A stretch of 64,000 nucleotides of DNA from Bacilli bacterium (GTDB lineage: Bacteria > Bacillota_I > Bacilli_A > RFN20 > CAG-826). Location of the stretch: positions 676 through 64,675 of the forward strand of contig JBGULD010000060.1 of NCBI GenBank assembly GCA_045114745.1, in the 5' to 3' direction. The translations under genes and the position numbers were made by a program. The notes beneath the pieces are model-generated. The model searched no databases. It was given only the letters and a program-made list of their open reading frames with translations, and was not told the origin of the DNA. Every line of letters begins with the position of its first letter. Position 1 is the first letter of the stretch. This document shows, one piece after another, positions 20,036 through 29,909 of this stretch.

Positions 20036-21583
20036 TTATTTAGGGAGATAGATAGCAAATATCTCTCCAGAAATAATATCAGATATTTCTTGCTCGGTTA
20101 GTTGAGCCGAATCATTTCTCGATATGTTAAAAGCACGATATGAATAATCGGATCTCCAGGTTGCATTAACTACAGTAAAAGTTGTTTGTGTAATTCCTGG
20201 ACGAGCATCAATTGGGGTATTTAAATTTCTCCAGGCTTCTGGGCGATATCTATAACCCGCCTTAATGTAGATAATTGTTCCATCAACAAATAAATTTGTT
20301 GGAATTATATCTGTGCAGGCAAATTGTTTATCAAAACCACTATCCTCAGAATAAAATATTTGATTTGGTGTGCTGGAGTCAGAGGCATTGTAATAACCAC
20401 GTTGAATAGGAGTGTTTCTTAGTTGGTGTGTCTTTTTTATCTCATCAAGCGACATTGGATTGTCTTGATAAGAAGAAAAAGTCACCGAAAATTTATTAAG
20501 TTGAGAATCATCAACGCTTTCTTTGGCAATCAATGTTTGCGTCGCGTTCACTGTTGTGAAATTACATTCATCTACATCGACGCCCGTAAGTGTTTTTAAG
20601 GCGTTCATGCCGGCTATATATCTTCCAAAATCTTCCGTAAGATGATATCCATCTCTTGTAAGGTGGTCACCGACATATGATGTTCTAGCATTTTGAATGG
20701 CGGTTCCATTAGGAATAACTGTGGCAATCTTATCGATTGTTAGAACCTTAGATTGGACAGCATTACATATAGCTTTATACATGATAGTCTGATTATTGCT
20801 ATATTTTGCAAAATCACTATGGGTGGAATCACTTTGATAAGCCCATGTCATATTCCATACAAACTGTGTGTGATTTGAATCTTGAAGAAGTAATTCGGAT
20901 TGTTGCAATAATTTATTTAAATTACCATAGGAGCTTTCTATACCAGAAGTACCGCTCGCTTGTTGGAAGGAGACAAAATCCCAATCTTGACTCTGCAAGG
21001 CAATAGAAAGGCGGTAATTTGAAGTTCTTATCCATGATGTTCCGGAGCGATGTACCCATTGATAATTTGCTCGATCATACAGGAGGTTGGAATAATGTGT
21101 ATCGATTGAACAACCGCCAATATACATATTTTCCACTAATAAATCGACTCCTAAATCATCAGCTATTTCATACATCCATTGAATCGTATCATCACTAAAT
21201 GAATTGCCGACAAATAATAGTTTTAAAGTTTTTCTAACTTTTGGATTTAATGTAACTGTTGCCTTAATCGCCGGATCTTCTTTTAAAGAAAGGGTGGCTT
21301 CAATGTTTTTGGTTGTGAAAGTGCCATTGGTCGATAAAGAAACATCAAAATCTTCCGGTTCTACTTCGACAGTCTTTTTTTCATATTGAATAGAAAAATG
21401 GAAATTATTTTTATTAAGTTTTTCGCCATAAATAATAGAATTATCTTCACCATAAGAAGCGTTAGCAGAAACAAAGCCATCACTCTCTTCTATTGATGAT
21501 GAACTACTGCTGTTTGTATTTTTGTTGCACGATGAAAGAAGTAGGGTCGGAACCATCATTAACAACAACACATATCTCTTCAT
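20036..21583 (-). CDS. DUF4886-like (SGNH-fold) esterase lipoprotein with N-terminal Ig-like and C-terminal beta domains
   Basis: Lipobox LSSC; LKLLFVGNSFSDDTIQWMYEIADDLGVDLLVENMYIGGCSIDTHY and DGYHLT (Ser and His blocks). Paralog of the 50543 gene. Confidence 0.7.
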   Translation of the reverse strand: MKRYVLLLMMVPTLLLSSCNKNTNSSSSSSIEESDGFVSANASYGEDNSIIYGEKLNKNNFHFSIQYEKKTVEVEPEDFDVSLSTNGTFTTKNIEATLSLKEDPAIKATVTLNPKVRKTLKLLFVGNSFSDDTIQWMYEIADDLGVDLLVENMYIGGCSIDTHYSNLLYDRANYQWVHRSGTSWIRTSNYRLSIALQSQDWDFVSFQQASGTSGIESSYGNLNKLLQQSELLLQDSNHTQFVWNMTWAYQSDSTHSDFAKYSNNQTIMYKAICNAVQSKVLTIDKIATVIPNGTAIQNARTSYVGDHLTRDGYHLTEDFGRYIAGMNALKTLTGVDVDECNFTTVNATQTLIAKESVDDSQLNKFSVTFSSYQDNPMSLDEIKKTHQLRNTPIQRGYYNASDSSTPNQIFYSEDSGFDKQFACTDIIPTNLFVDGTIIYIKAGYRYRPEAWRNLNTPIDARPGITQTTFTVVNATWRSDYSYRAFNISRNDSAQLTEQEISDIISGEIFAIYLPK

Positions 21584-21798
21584 ATTTGTTTTAAAGAATC
21601 TCCTTTTTCCGCAAAAACAGCGTTAAAACCCTATTATTTTTAGGAGTTATATACATTTATTATGATAGTGATTACTACCGTATTAAACCCTGAAAAATGC
21701 GCCAAAAATATAAAAGAAGAGATGAAAAATCTCATTCTTTTGTTTTGAAAAAATATTTCAATTATGGTGTCTTTAATTCACCGAGAACAATGCAAAAA

Positions 21799-22680
21799 TC
21801 AATTAGGATTATTCGAACGGTTTATGATTCTATATTGTTTTGGAGTAATATTTGCTTTTGTTTTAAATAGACGTATTAAAGCTTGTGAGTCAGTTAAACC
21901 AACTGCGACCGCAACATCTGAAATACTCATATTTGTGGTAAGCAATAAATCAGATGCTTTTTGGAAGCGATAATGTTGAATGTATTTATTAATAGGTGTT
22001 TTTAAATGCTTTTGAAATAAAAATTCTAAATAGTTGGGGGCAAAACTAACATAGTCAGCAATCTGCTTGATTGTGAGTTTGTCTTTATAATTATTGACGA
22101 TGAAATATAAAGCGTCTTTGATGACATTTGGCATTTGGTTTTCGGCAGATATTTTTTTGCTTTCTTCATATAGTTCTAATAAGAAAGAATAAACCATAGA
22201 AGAAGCCTCCGCTTCGTTATAAGTGCCATTATTGTATTTTTCAATTAATGTTTTAACCATTTCCATAAAGCCTAGATCTTTGTTTAAGCTGATAATGTTG
22301 CCATGCTGAGTTATGGAGGAATAGAGATTTCTTAAGGCATCAGTGGGATATAAATGAATATAAAAATGCTCACAACTAGCGTCAGTGGGATCTTTAGGTT
22401 CATCAACCCAAGATATGTGTGGAAGTTCACAATCCAAAAATATAAATGTCCCAGCAGAAGCTAAATTGAATGTGCCATCCACCATGACATTTGTGTGACC
22501 TCTTAACGTATAAGTAATCATAAAAGATTCCCAGTTTGAGCGTTCAAGATAATAATTTTTTCCCAATATCTCATGCCCCATAAGGTGTATTTGAAAATAT
22601 AATCCCATGGAATCGCGTTTCGGTGATAATTCACATATTTGGGTATCTTCTTTAAAATCTTTGGTCAGTTTTGCTTTCAT
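21799..22680 (-). CDS. AraC family transcriptional regulator
   Basis: 293 aa; cupin-like N-terminus, C-terminal HTH LTIKQIADYVSFAPNYLEFLFQKHLKTP...AVGLTDSQALIRLFKTKANITPKQYR. Confidence 0.9.
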   Translation of the reverse strand: MKAKLTKDFKEDTQICELSPKRDSMGLYFQIHLMGHEILGKNYYLERSNWESFMITYTLRGHTNVMVDGTFNLASAGTFIFLDCELPHISWVDEPKDPTDASCEHFYIHLYPTDALRNLYSSITQHGNIISLNKDLGFMEMVKTLIEKYNNGTYNEAEASSMVYSFLLELYEESKKISAENQMPNVIKDALYFIVNNYKDKLTIKQIADYVSFAPNYLEFLFQKHLKTPINKYIQHYRFQKASDLLLTTNMSISDVAVAVGLTDSQALIRLFKTKANITPKQYRIINRSNNPN

Positions 22681-22720
22681 AAATCTTAAGAATTGATAAT
22701 TTTTATATTAAGTTTTGACA

Positions 22721-22749
22721 TTGTTTAATTTATACATAGATTTTAAGAT
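22721..22749 (+). promoter_or_regulatory. Candidate promoter (-35 TTGTTT, 17-nt spacer, -10 TAAGAT) ending 8 nt before the ATG of the 22758 gene
   Basis: Seen in sequence; no SD upstream of 22758. An alternative TTGACA at 22715-22720 pairs less well with a -10 box. Tentative. Confidence 0.3.
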
Positions 22750-22757
22750 ATGATTGT

Positions 22758-25031
22758 ATGAAAAGCATCACCAAAATTAAAAAATGCAAATTTTTGATTT
22801 TTTTGTGTAGTTGTTTGTTGTGTTTGGGAGGGTGCAATACCAAACCTTCAAATATCGATTCATCATCCTACACCTCTTCAGAAGATTCAGGAAGTCAAAA
22901 TGATTCTTCGTCAAGTGAAGAACCAATAGTTATTGATGAACAAATTAATCTCACAGAGCTTTCAGTTGGCTGCGGAGGATTTAATTCCGAACCAAATAAA
23001 CTTGTAACATCAGTCAATGGTACAATTGCCTATACACTATCTCATAATCTCGGTGATGGCACTATTACTGTAGATATGAAAAATAGCTACCCCACAAATG
23101 ACAATGGATTCATTTTTGGTTTAACTACATCTCTTAATATGTTTTGGGAAAGCAATGTCTCTTATTATTTTTATTTTATTTCCAAAAACTACACGTCTTA
23201 CTTAGGCAAAGTTGATCAAGGTCTATGGTCATGTTTGAGTGATGTTCCACTGGCCCCAGAACAAATAGTTACTGATTATCGACTTAAAGTCATTGAATAC
23301 CAACTAACAGACTATAAAGTCATCGAGTGTTACGTTAATGGAGTGTTGATGAATAAATGCCGCGATTATTACCCACTTACAGGTAGAGGCATTGGCCTAA
23401 GAGCCGGCTCATCAAGAACAGAATACAAAAACTTTATTATCAAAAGCGAAACAGGAATAAAAGAAACAGAAATGGAAAATTATTATTTAGCGAATGGTGA
23501 ATTTGTTATAGAGAATAACCACTACGTGGCGAAACTTAACAATTCAATTATTGTCCATAGAAGAGAAACTTTAGAGTATGGAAGCATTTCAACATCCCTA
23601 AAAATTAGTGAAGTTGGTGATAACGGCATTATTTTTGCTTTAGATGATGGCGGTAATAAATCTTTCTGGGAACAAGGAGTATCATATTATTTCTTCTTTA
23701 TTTCCATCTCTGGAACGGCATATTTAGGAAAAGTCAATAACAATTCTTGGAGTTCACTAGGAGTTGTGCGTATTCCGTTATATAACACAATGAAAGAATA
23801 TACATTAAAAGTAACTCGGGATGAAACTTCAATCCTTTGCTACATAGATGACGAACTCTTATTATATTGCGTCGATGAAGCACCTTTATCTGGAAATAAA
23901 ATTGGTCTTAGAGCGGGCAGCAAAGAATCAAGTTTTACTGATTTGGTGGTTGAGCAATCCGGTTCGTTCGATTATCACGACCCAGTGGGTTTTGATAAAG
24001 CATCTGGAGATATGGTTGAATTTCAAAATACCATCAAATCTCTAGAACCAAATTCTTTAATAGTTTCAAAAGAAGGAAAACGCGAAGGCACATTTAAAAC
24101 AAAAATGTACCCAGGCAGCATGACAAATAACGGAATAATCTTCAATCTAACAGCGCCAAGCGGTTCAAAACAATATTACGAAAGAGAAGAAGGCCTATCA
24201 TATTACTTCTTCCACATCTCCACAAATGCATCCGCAAGGTTGCTTAAATTCGATGGAGAAAGCGCTCAAGTTCTTTCTGAATTTGGTCTTTCCGCTGGTT
24301 GGAGTGGTTCTAGAGAATCATTACTAACAGTCATCGTCAATGGTAGCAATATTAAATGCTATGTTGATGACGCTTGTTATGTGAATTACACCGATTTATC
24401 ATTCCTTCCTGGTTCTTTATATGGACTTAGAGCCTCCGCCAAAGGAGTATTATTCACTGATTTTACAGCATCCGATAGTCATGATGCTAAGCAAGCAGAT
24501 ATAGTTTTGTTTGGCCACAGTCATTGTCAATTCTATGAAACATTCCATAGTGATTTATCTAGTTTAGGTAGCCTCGCTAATATGGGTGTTGGTGGTTCAA
24601 TTATTGCCAATTGGGAAAACCGTATTAACCATATCGCTAGTTATAACGCTAAATATATTATGGTGTGGCTTGGAAGTAACGATTTAGCTACTGGTATGAC
24701 TGCTAGCCAAGTGGTCGAAAAACTAGAAGCATTAGTAGAAGCTATTCATCTAGCCACTCCAAGTTCAAAAATCATTGTCTTTACGGAATTCTATCAACCC
24801 GAATCTTATCGAGCGACAGAAACATATCGCACTCACATTCGTAATTTAAACGAGTCAATCCTCAATCGTTTCCCAGATTATACTGTCGGTTTAGATTTGT
24901 TTGATGTTCCTTTAAAAGATGGAGTCTTGGATCTCGATATGTTCCGCGATGTTTACCACCTTAAACCTGAAGCATATCAAGAAATAACTAATAGAATAAT
25001 CGCTTTGATTAATTCTTTGGAAAACCATTAA
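22758..25031 (+). CDS. Lipoprotein: three YYFFFI-type jelly-roll modules + C-terminal SGNH/GDSL esterase
   Basis: Lipobox LGGC. Three module copies: GFIFGL..FWESNVSYYFYFISKNYTSYLGKVDQGLWSCL, then GIIFAL..FWEQGVSYYFFFISISGTAYLGKVNNNSWSSL, then GIIFNL..GLSYYFFHISTNASARLLKF. SGNH blocks LFGHSH, GVGGS, WLGSNDL, DVYHL. Confidence 0.75.
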   Translation: MKSITKIKKCKFLIFLCSCLLCLGGCNTKPSNIDSSSYTSSEDSGSQNDSSSSEEPIVIDEQINLTELSVGCGGFNSEPNKLVTSVNGTIAYTLSHNLGDGTITVDMKNSYPTNDNGFIFGLTTSLNMFWESNVSYYFYFISKNYTSYLGKVDQGLWSCLSDVPLAPEQIVTDYRLKVIEYQLTDYKVIECYVNGVLMNKCRDYYPLTGRGIGLRAGSSRTEYKNFIIKSETGIKETEMENYYLANGEFVIENNHYVAKLNNSIIVHRRETLEYGSISTSLKISEVGDNGIIFALDDGGNKSFWEQGVSYYFFFISISGTAYLGKVNNNSWSSLGVVRIPLYNTMKEYTLKVTRDETSILCYIDDELLLYCVDEAPLSGNKIGLRAGSKESSFTDLVVEQSGSFDYHDPVGFDKASGDMVEFQNTIKSLEPNSLIVSKEGKREGTFKTKMYPGSMTNNGIIFNLTAPSGSKQYYEREEGLSYYFFHISTNASARLLKFDGESAQVLSEFGLSAGWSGSRESLLTVIVNGSNIKCYVDDACYVNYTDLSFLPGSLYGLRASAKGVLFTDFTASDSHDAKQADIVLFGHSHCQFYETFHSDLSSLGSLANMGVGGSIIANWENRINHIASYNAKYIMVWLGSNDLATGMTASQVVEKLEALVEAIHLATPSSKIIVFTEFYQPESYRATETYRTHIRNLNESILNRFPDYTVGLDLFDVPLKDGVLDLDMFRDVYHLKPEAYQEITNRIIALINSLENH

Positions 25032-25051
25032 GTACAAAGAAGGAGATTAAA

Positions 25052-26647
25052 ATGAAAAAGTTTATTATATTACTGGCATCTCTTCTATTAATAACGGCCT
25101 GTTCTAAGAATGTGGCAACTTCGAGTTCTTTAGATGAAACTACATCATCTAGTTCCTCGGAATCCCCTATCACTAATACAGTCACTGCTAACTTTTATAA
25201 TGATGACGGAGTCACCCTTCTTTATTCAACAGAAATAAATAAGGGAGAAACTCCTTCCTATGGTGGCACCACTCCAAGTAAAGAAGCAACAGCGCAATAT
25301 ACTTATGCTTTCAAAAATTGGGTTCCAGAAATTGGTCCTATCTTTGAAAATACCAATTATCTCGCTTCTTACGAAACAACAACTAATAGTTATGAAATAA
25401 AATTTGTTAATTCAGATGGAAGCGAACTACAAGTATCAAATATTGAGTATGGAATTCTTCCGGTATATAACGGAGCAGAACCAACAAAAGCAGATACTAA
25501 TTATTACCACTACTCCTTTAATGGATGGGACAGTCCAATTGTTCCAGTAACTGGTCCAAAAACATACACCGCAACATTTACAAAAAACAGTTTATACAAT
25601 TACACGGTTGGTGATGAATACTGTTGGAATGTTACTACTAATGTTCAAGGAAACAAGAAGTTTGTTGCTACTTCAACCGAATCACAAATGTTCATGTTTA
25701 ATTATGAGACATTCTCAGGTGGAACTATTGAATGGGATATGACTTATGTTGCCACTGTTGCCAAGTATTATTGTGCTTCCGGCATCGTCTTTGGTGCTTC
25801 CACCTTAGCAGCAGAGCATAACACTGGCTCATGGGCTTGTGCGGGTATGGATCCATGGTACGATTTCGTGGCTTTCTCAAAAGATTCTGGTAATTTCAGA
25901 TGGGAAGATAAAAACAAAGTTGCGGGTATCTTTACAGATGTGACCAAATCCTATCACATTGCTTTTTCTTGGGATCCAGTTGCTAAACTCATCCATTATT
26001 TCATCGATGATGTCTATATCTGCACATCACCTATTACTCGTCCGTTAAGTGGACAATATCTCGGTATTTATAGCGATACTGCAGGAACAATATTTGAAAA
26101 CATCGAAATCAGTAATGAAGTTTATCATCCGGAATTCATCGCTTCTCAAGGAACTATGAGTAACTGGGATATCTCCAATGACAAGACCACCTTTGTGGCT
26201 AAAGCTACTGGCAAAACATTAATGATGCCACAATATGACATCAGTGAATCTTGCTATATAGAATTCGATATAAAAGCTCACGATGATTCGACATTAGGTT
26301 ATGCTGCAAGCGGCATTCTCTTATGTGGAGACCAAACCGCACCTAGTGTCACCTTCGGATCATACATTGTCGTCGGTCGTGACTGGTGGGGTGGATTTGA
26401 TGCTTTCCAAATGATCAATGGATCTTTCTCTTGGAAAGATGGAAACAAGATTGCAAACGCAATGCCTACCTACAATACGGTATATCACATCAAAGTATTT
26501 TTGAATTTAGAAACAAAGAACATTCAATATTTCTGGAATGAAGACACAACACATGGCGCAATCTATGACTTCGAAATGCCAGTTGCTCATTTCGGAATAT
26601 ATGACGATGGATTATTAACTATTTCAAATATTAATATCCATAAATAG
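25052..26647 (+). CDS. Lipoprotein: Listeria-Bacteroides-like repeats + two jelly-roll modules
   Basis: Lipobox ITAC; YTYAFKNWVPE and YHYSFNGWDSP repeats; C-terminal 352 aa about 90 percent identical to the following gene. Confidence 0.7.
   Translation: MKKFIILLASLLLITACSKNVATSSSLDETTSSSSSESPITNTVTANFYNDDGVTLLYSTEINKGETPSYGGTTPSKEATAQYTYAFKNWVPEIGPIFENTNYLASYETTTNSYEIKFVNSDGSELQVSNIEYGILPVYNGAEPTKADTNYYHYSFNGWDSPIVPVTGPKTYTATFTKNSLYNYTVGDEYCWNVTTNVQGNKKFVATSTESQMFMFNYETFSGGTIEWDMTYVATVAKYYCASGIVFGASTLAAEHNTGSWACAGMDPWYDFVAFSKDSGNFRWEDKNKVAGIFTDVTKSYHIAFSWDPVAKLIHYFIDDVYICTSPITRPLSGQYLGIYSDTAGTIFENIEISNEVYHPEFIASQGTMSNWDISNDKTTFVAKATGKTLMMPQYDISESCYIEFDIKAHDDSTLGYAASGILLCGDQTAPSVTFGSYIVVGRDWWGGFDAFQMINGSFSWKDGNKIANAMPTYNTVYHIKVFLNLETKNIQYFWNEDTTHGAIYDFEMPVAHFGIYDDGLLTISNINIHK
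25592..26647 (+). repeat. Copy 1 of a 1056-bp tandem gene-segment duplication
   Basis: Starts at LYNYTVGD and runs to the stop; gap-free alignment with 27013-28068, with long identical runs such as GASTLAAEHNTGSWACAGMDPWYDFV and YFWNEDTTHGAIYDFEMPVAHFGIYDDGLLTISNIN. Confidence 0.85.
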
Positions 26648-26712
26648 AAAATAAATGAATTAGGTTTATTCGGTTAATACCGTTATCCGATAAATAAAAA
26701 GGAGGAAAAAAG

Positions 26713-28068
26713 ATGAATTTAAAAAAGAAAACTCTCATCATTACCTGTCTAGCGTTTAGTTCACTTATTCTGGGAACATCTATGTTTGCTTTTAGTGGAA
26801 AAATAGGAATCGTTAAAGCAAACGAACACAACCATGTAGGCAATCACTACACGGAACTAGAACCAACCGCAACATCTAGTGGAACAAAAGAGTATTGGGT
26901 TTGTTGTGAATGTCATGAGCACTTCCTAACTCAACCTGGTACTGGAACATGGACAGATGCTGGTGTGGCGCCAGTGATTAATGATCCAACCGATGATCGT
27001 TATCAAAAACAACTATACAACTATACTGTTGGTGATGCTTCTAGATGGACCATTGGTAAAAACGCCAAAGGAAATGATAAGTTCGTTGCCAATTCAACAG
27101 AATCACAAATGCTCATGTTCAATTATGAGACATTCTCAGGCGGAACTATTGAATGGGATATGACTTACACAACCACCACGGCTACCTACAATGTTGCTTC
27201 CGGTATTGTCTTTGGTGCTTCCACATTAGCCGCAGAACATAACACCGGCTCATGGGCTTGTGCGGGTATGGATCCATGGTATGATTTCGTGACTTTCTCA
27301 AAAGATTCCGGTAATTTCAGATGGGAAGACAAGAACAAAGTCGCAGGTATCTTCACAGATGTGACTAAATCCTATCACATTGCATTCTCTTGGGATCCGG
27401 TTGGCAAAGTCATCCATTATTTCATCGATGATGCATATGTTTGTACAGCACCTATTACTCGTCCGTTAAGTGGACAATACCTCGGCATTTATAGTGATAC
27501 TGCAGGAACAATCTTCGAAAATATCGAGATTAGTGATGTGATTATTTATCCAGAGTTCGTCGCTTCTCAAGGAACTATGAGTAACTGGGAAATTAATAAT
27601 AGCAAGACCACCTTTGTGGCTAAAGCTACAGGTAAAGCATTAATGATGCCTCAATATGACATCAGCGAATCTTGTTATATAGAATTCGATATGAGCGTCC
27701 CAGATAATTCAACATACGGCTATGCCGCAAGTGGTATTCTCTTATGTGGTGATCAAGTTGCACCTTGTAGTACTTTAGGTTCATACATCGTTGTCGGTCG
27801 TGACTGGTGGGGTGGATTCGATGCTTTCCAAATGATCAATGGATCTTTCTCTTGGAAAGATGGAAACAAGATTGCGAATGCAATGCCAGATTACAATACA
27901 ACTTATCACATTAAGGTCTATTTGAATCTTGAGACAAAGAACATCCAATATTTCTGGAATGAAGACACAACTCATGGCGCAATCTATGACTTCGAAATGC
28001 CAGTTGCTCATTTTGGAATATATGACGATGGATTATTAACTATTTCAAATATTAATGTTCATAAATAA
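26713..28068 (+). CDS. Signal-anchored paralog: Cys/His module + the same two jelly-roll modules
   Basis: N-terminal hydrophobic segment without lipobox Cys; HNHVGNHYTELEPTATSSGTKEYWVCCECHEHF; remainder collinear with 25592-26647. Confidence 0.7.
   Translation: MNLKKKTLIITCLAFSSLILGTSMFAFSGKIGIVKANEHNHVGNHYTELEPTATSSGTKEYWVCCECHEHFLTQPGTGTWTDAGVAPVINDPTDDRYQKQLYNYTVGDASRWTIGKNAKGNDKFVANSTESQMLMFNYETFSGGTIEWDMTYTTTTATYNVASGIVFGASTLAAEHNTGSWACAGMDPWYDFVTFSKDSGNFRWEDKNKVAGIFTDVTKSYHIAFSWDPVGKVIHYFIDDAYVCTAPITRPLSGQYLGIYSDTAGTIFENIEISDVIIYPEFVASQGTMSNWEINNSKTTFVAKATGKALMMPQYDISESCYIEFDMSVPDNSTYGYAASGILLCGDQVAPCSTLGSYIVVGRDWWGGFDAFQMINGSFSWKDGNKIANAMPDYNTTYHIKVYLNLETKNIQYFWNEDTTHGAIYDFEMPVAHFGIYDDGLLTISNINVHK
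27013..28068 (+). repeat. Copy 2 of the 1056-bp tandem gene-segment duplication
   Basis: Same length and frame as 25592-26647. Confidence 0.85.
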
Positions 28069-28089
28069 TTAATATATTAAATAGGATTA

Positions 28090-28122
28090 AAGGTGCGTGT
28101 GTATTACATAGCACCTTTTTTA
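28090..28122 (+). terminator. Rho-independent terminator of the 22758-28068 operon
   Basis: AAGGTGC (28090-28096) / GCACCTT (28111-28117) hairpin followed by TTTTTATT. Confidence 0.7.
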
Positions 28123-28184
28123 TTGTCCTTTGATATTAGTGGACTTGACAATAAAAGTCCAAAACTTGGGTCAATCAAATTGCG

Positions 28185-28207
28185 AAAAAAGAGGGACATA
28201 GTCCCTC
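28185..28207 (-). terminator. Rho-independent terminator downstream of the 28229 gene
   Basis: GAGGGAC-ATA-GTCCCTC hairpin (28191-28207) followed on the minus strand by TTTTTT (28185-28190). Confidence 0.7.
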
Positions 28208-28228
28208 TTTATCATATTAATATGATAA

Positions 28229-29860
28229 CTATAATAATGTCGCTGTTCCAATAACAGTTTGATAAGAAGTAATGCTTGCGGAACCTAAGTTGTAACCAAC
28301 ACCAATATCGATGTTTGCTAATGAGCTAACATCTTTGAATCTCATAGACATGTAATATGTTTGTCCAACATGACCTTCATAAGTTGAGACCCCTTTGACC
28401 ATTAAATCAATGACGGTACCTCTAAATGAATAGATAACAGTGACATCCATTGCGTTACTGGCTTCTTGGAATGCGGCGCAAGCACCATCATCCCATGCGG
28501 CAGTTGATATTTCATCGATATCAAATTTGTTTGGATTTGTAGCGGTATCTGGGGCAAAACCATTCCAACCATTCCAGTCTTTTCTAAATGAACAACCGCC
28601 TTCATCCCAACCATTAGAAGAGACAAATTCACCGACAAAACCTGCGCCTAAATCATTTAAATGAGTGGAAGAATTCTCGAAATGACCTTGAATCTTAAAC
28701 ATAAAGTTGGATGATGTAGAAACTCTTACTTGAGCAGTTCTATAATTCCAACCCTCAGGAGCGGAACCAGATTTTGTTTCAGTGATGAGTTCGTTACCAC
28801 TTAAATAATCTAATGACCAATCTCTAATACCATCACCGGTGATAATGTGGTAGCGGTGACTACGTTCAGAGTGGAATGTGATATTTGAAACACTCCAAGT
28901 GAAACCGCCTTGATAATTTGAACCGCCCACCATGATTTGGATATCTTGATATTGAAGTCCAAGTTTAGCCCAAGTGACAAATGCTTCATATCTAATATCG
29001 TAAAGGTTTGTGTTTGGATTAAGAACAGGTGTGGAGTGTGCGGCTTGGCTAAATGAATGTTCACCATTCATGCTCACATAATATTGTGTAGTGTGTTCCA
29101 TGGTATCGTTACGATAGGCTGTACCACTTTCAATATGTAATTCGATGTTATCTTTTTGCCACCAACCAGCGCCTTGATCTTTTACTTGAGCAACGTGTTG
29201 TTCGGCATAAACATAAATACCATCACTATTTTTATAGGCATATACTTCTGTCTTATATGAATCATTAAGGAAAATACTTTCATGACGTGACATGACCTTG
29301 GATGACCAAATGTAATCATTGGCGACACCATCAATGATAATATCGCTAGATTGGCATTTATAGTTCGCTACGAAAGCGGATACTTTAAATCCATCAGCTT
29401 TAATAACGAAATTGAAGCTATTATCATTAACAACAAAGTTGTGGGTGTTTCCGCTTGTTAAATTAACGGTTTCATTATTTCCGTTTAATACGATATCACC
29501 GCTATAATTCGCAGCCATAATCGCATCTAATGTTGTATATCCAGCGCCTGTTAAATCGCCACCCTTTACCGATCCGGAATCTTCCACTGTTTTAAAGAAG
29601 CCGTTTGGAGAGAAAGAAACATTATTTCCTTCCACGGTTACTCCTTCATAAGCAAACTGTGTTCCTTCAAGAGTAAATGTTCCACTTCCGTTTTGGAAAT
29701 TAGAAGCGCTGATAGTTAAGGAACGAATATATGGATTTCTGTCTTGTTGTGTCGCAAAAACGCCATATTTAAGCATGCTATTTGTCGCTGCCGCAACTGC
29801 AAGTGCTACTAGTGATGCACATGAAATGGAGGCGAACAAAATAAACCCTTTGTTTTTCAT
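28229..29860 (-). CDS. Signal-anchored surface protein: shared N-terminal module + CBM9-like domain + C-terminal beta domain
   Basis: 543 aa; N-terminal hydrophobic anchor without lipobox; LTISASNFQNGSGTFTLEGTQFAYEGVTVEGNNVSF..ANYKCQ (module shared with the 45096 and 51706 genes); IIIDGVANDYIW..DNIELHIE (CBM9-like). Confidence 0.6.
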   Translation of the reverse strand: MKNKGFILFASISCASLVALAVAAATNSMLKYGVFATQQDRNPYIRSLTISASNFQNGSGTFTLEGTQFAYEGVTVEGNNVSFSPNGFFKTVEDSGSVKGGDLTGAGYTTLDAIMAANYSGDIVLNGNNETVNLTSGNTHNFVVNDNSFNFVIKADGFKVSAFVANYKCQSSDIIIDGVANDYIWSSKVMSRHESIFLNDSYKTEVYAYKNSDGIYVYAEQHVAQVKDQGAGWWQKDNIELHIESGTAYRNDTMEHTTQYYVSMNGEHSFSQAAHSTPVLNPNTNLYDIRYEAFVTWAKLGLQYQDIQIMVGGSNYQGGFTWSVSNITFHSERSHRYHIITGDGIRDWSLDYLSGNELITETKSGSAPEGWNYRTAQVRVSTSSNFMFKIQGHFENSSTHLNDLGAGFVGEFVSSNGWDEGGCSFRKDWNGWNGFAPDTATNPNKFDIDEISTAAWDDGACAAFQEASNAMDVTVIYSFRGTVIDLMVKGVSTYEGHVGQTYYMSMRFKDVSSLANIDIGVGYNLGSASITSYQTVIGTATLL

Positions 29861-29909
29861 ATCAATAATCTCCTCGTTTTTATTGTATCACAAAGATACT
29901 CTATTACTA

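Noticed and set aside
21584-21798. 28-codon ORF (MIVITTVLNPEKCAKNIKEEMKNLILLF) in the intergenic gap
   Set aside because: It has no SD or promoter-proximal geometry and no recognisable feature. It is most likely non-coding spacer between the two adjacent minus-strand genes (20036-21583 and 21799-22680).
28141-28160. Hairpin GGACTT-N8-AAGTCC between two real terminators
   Set aside because: It has a short, AT-rich stem and no adjoining U-tract on either strand. The flanking hairpins at 28090-28122 and 28185-28207 already explain termination.
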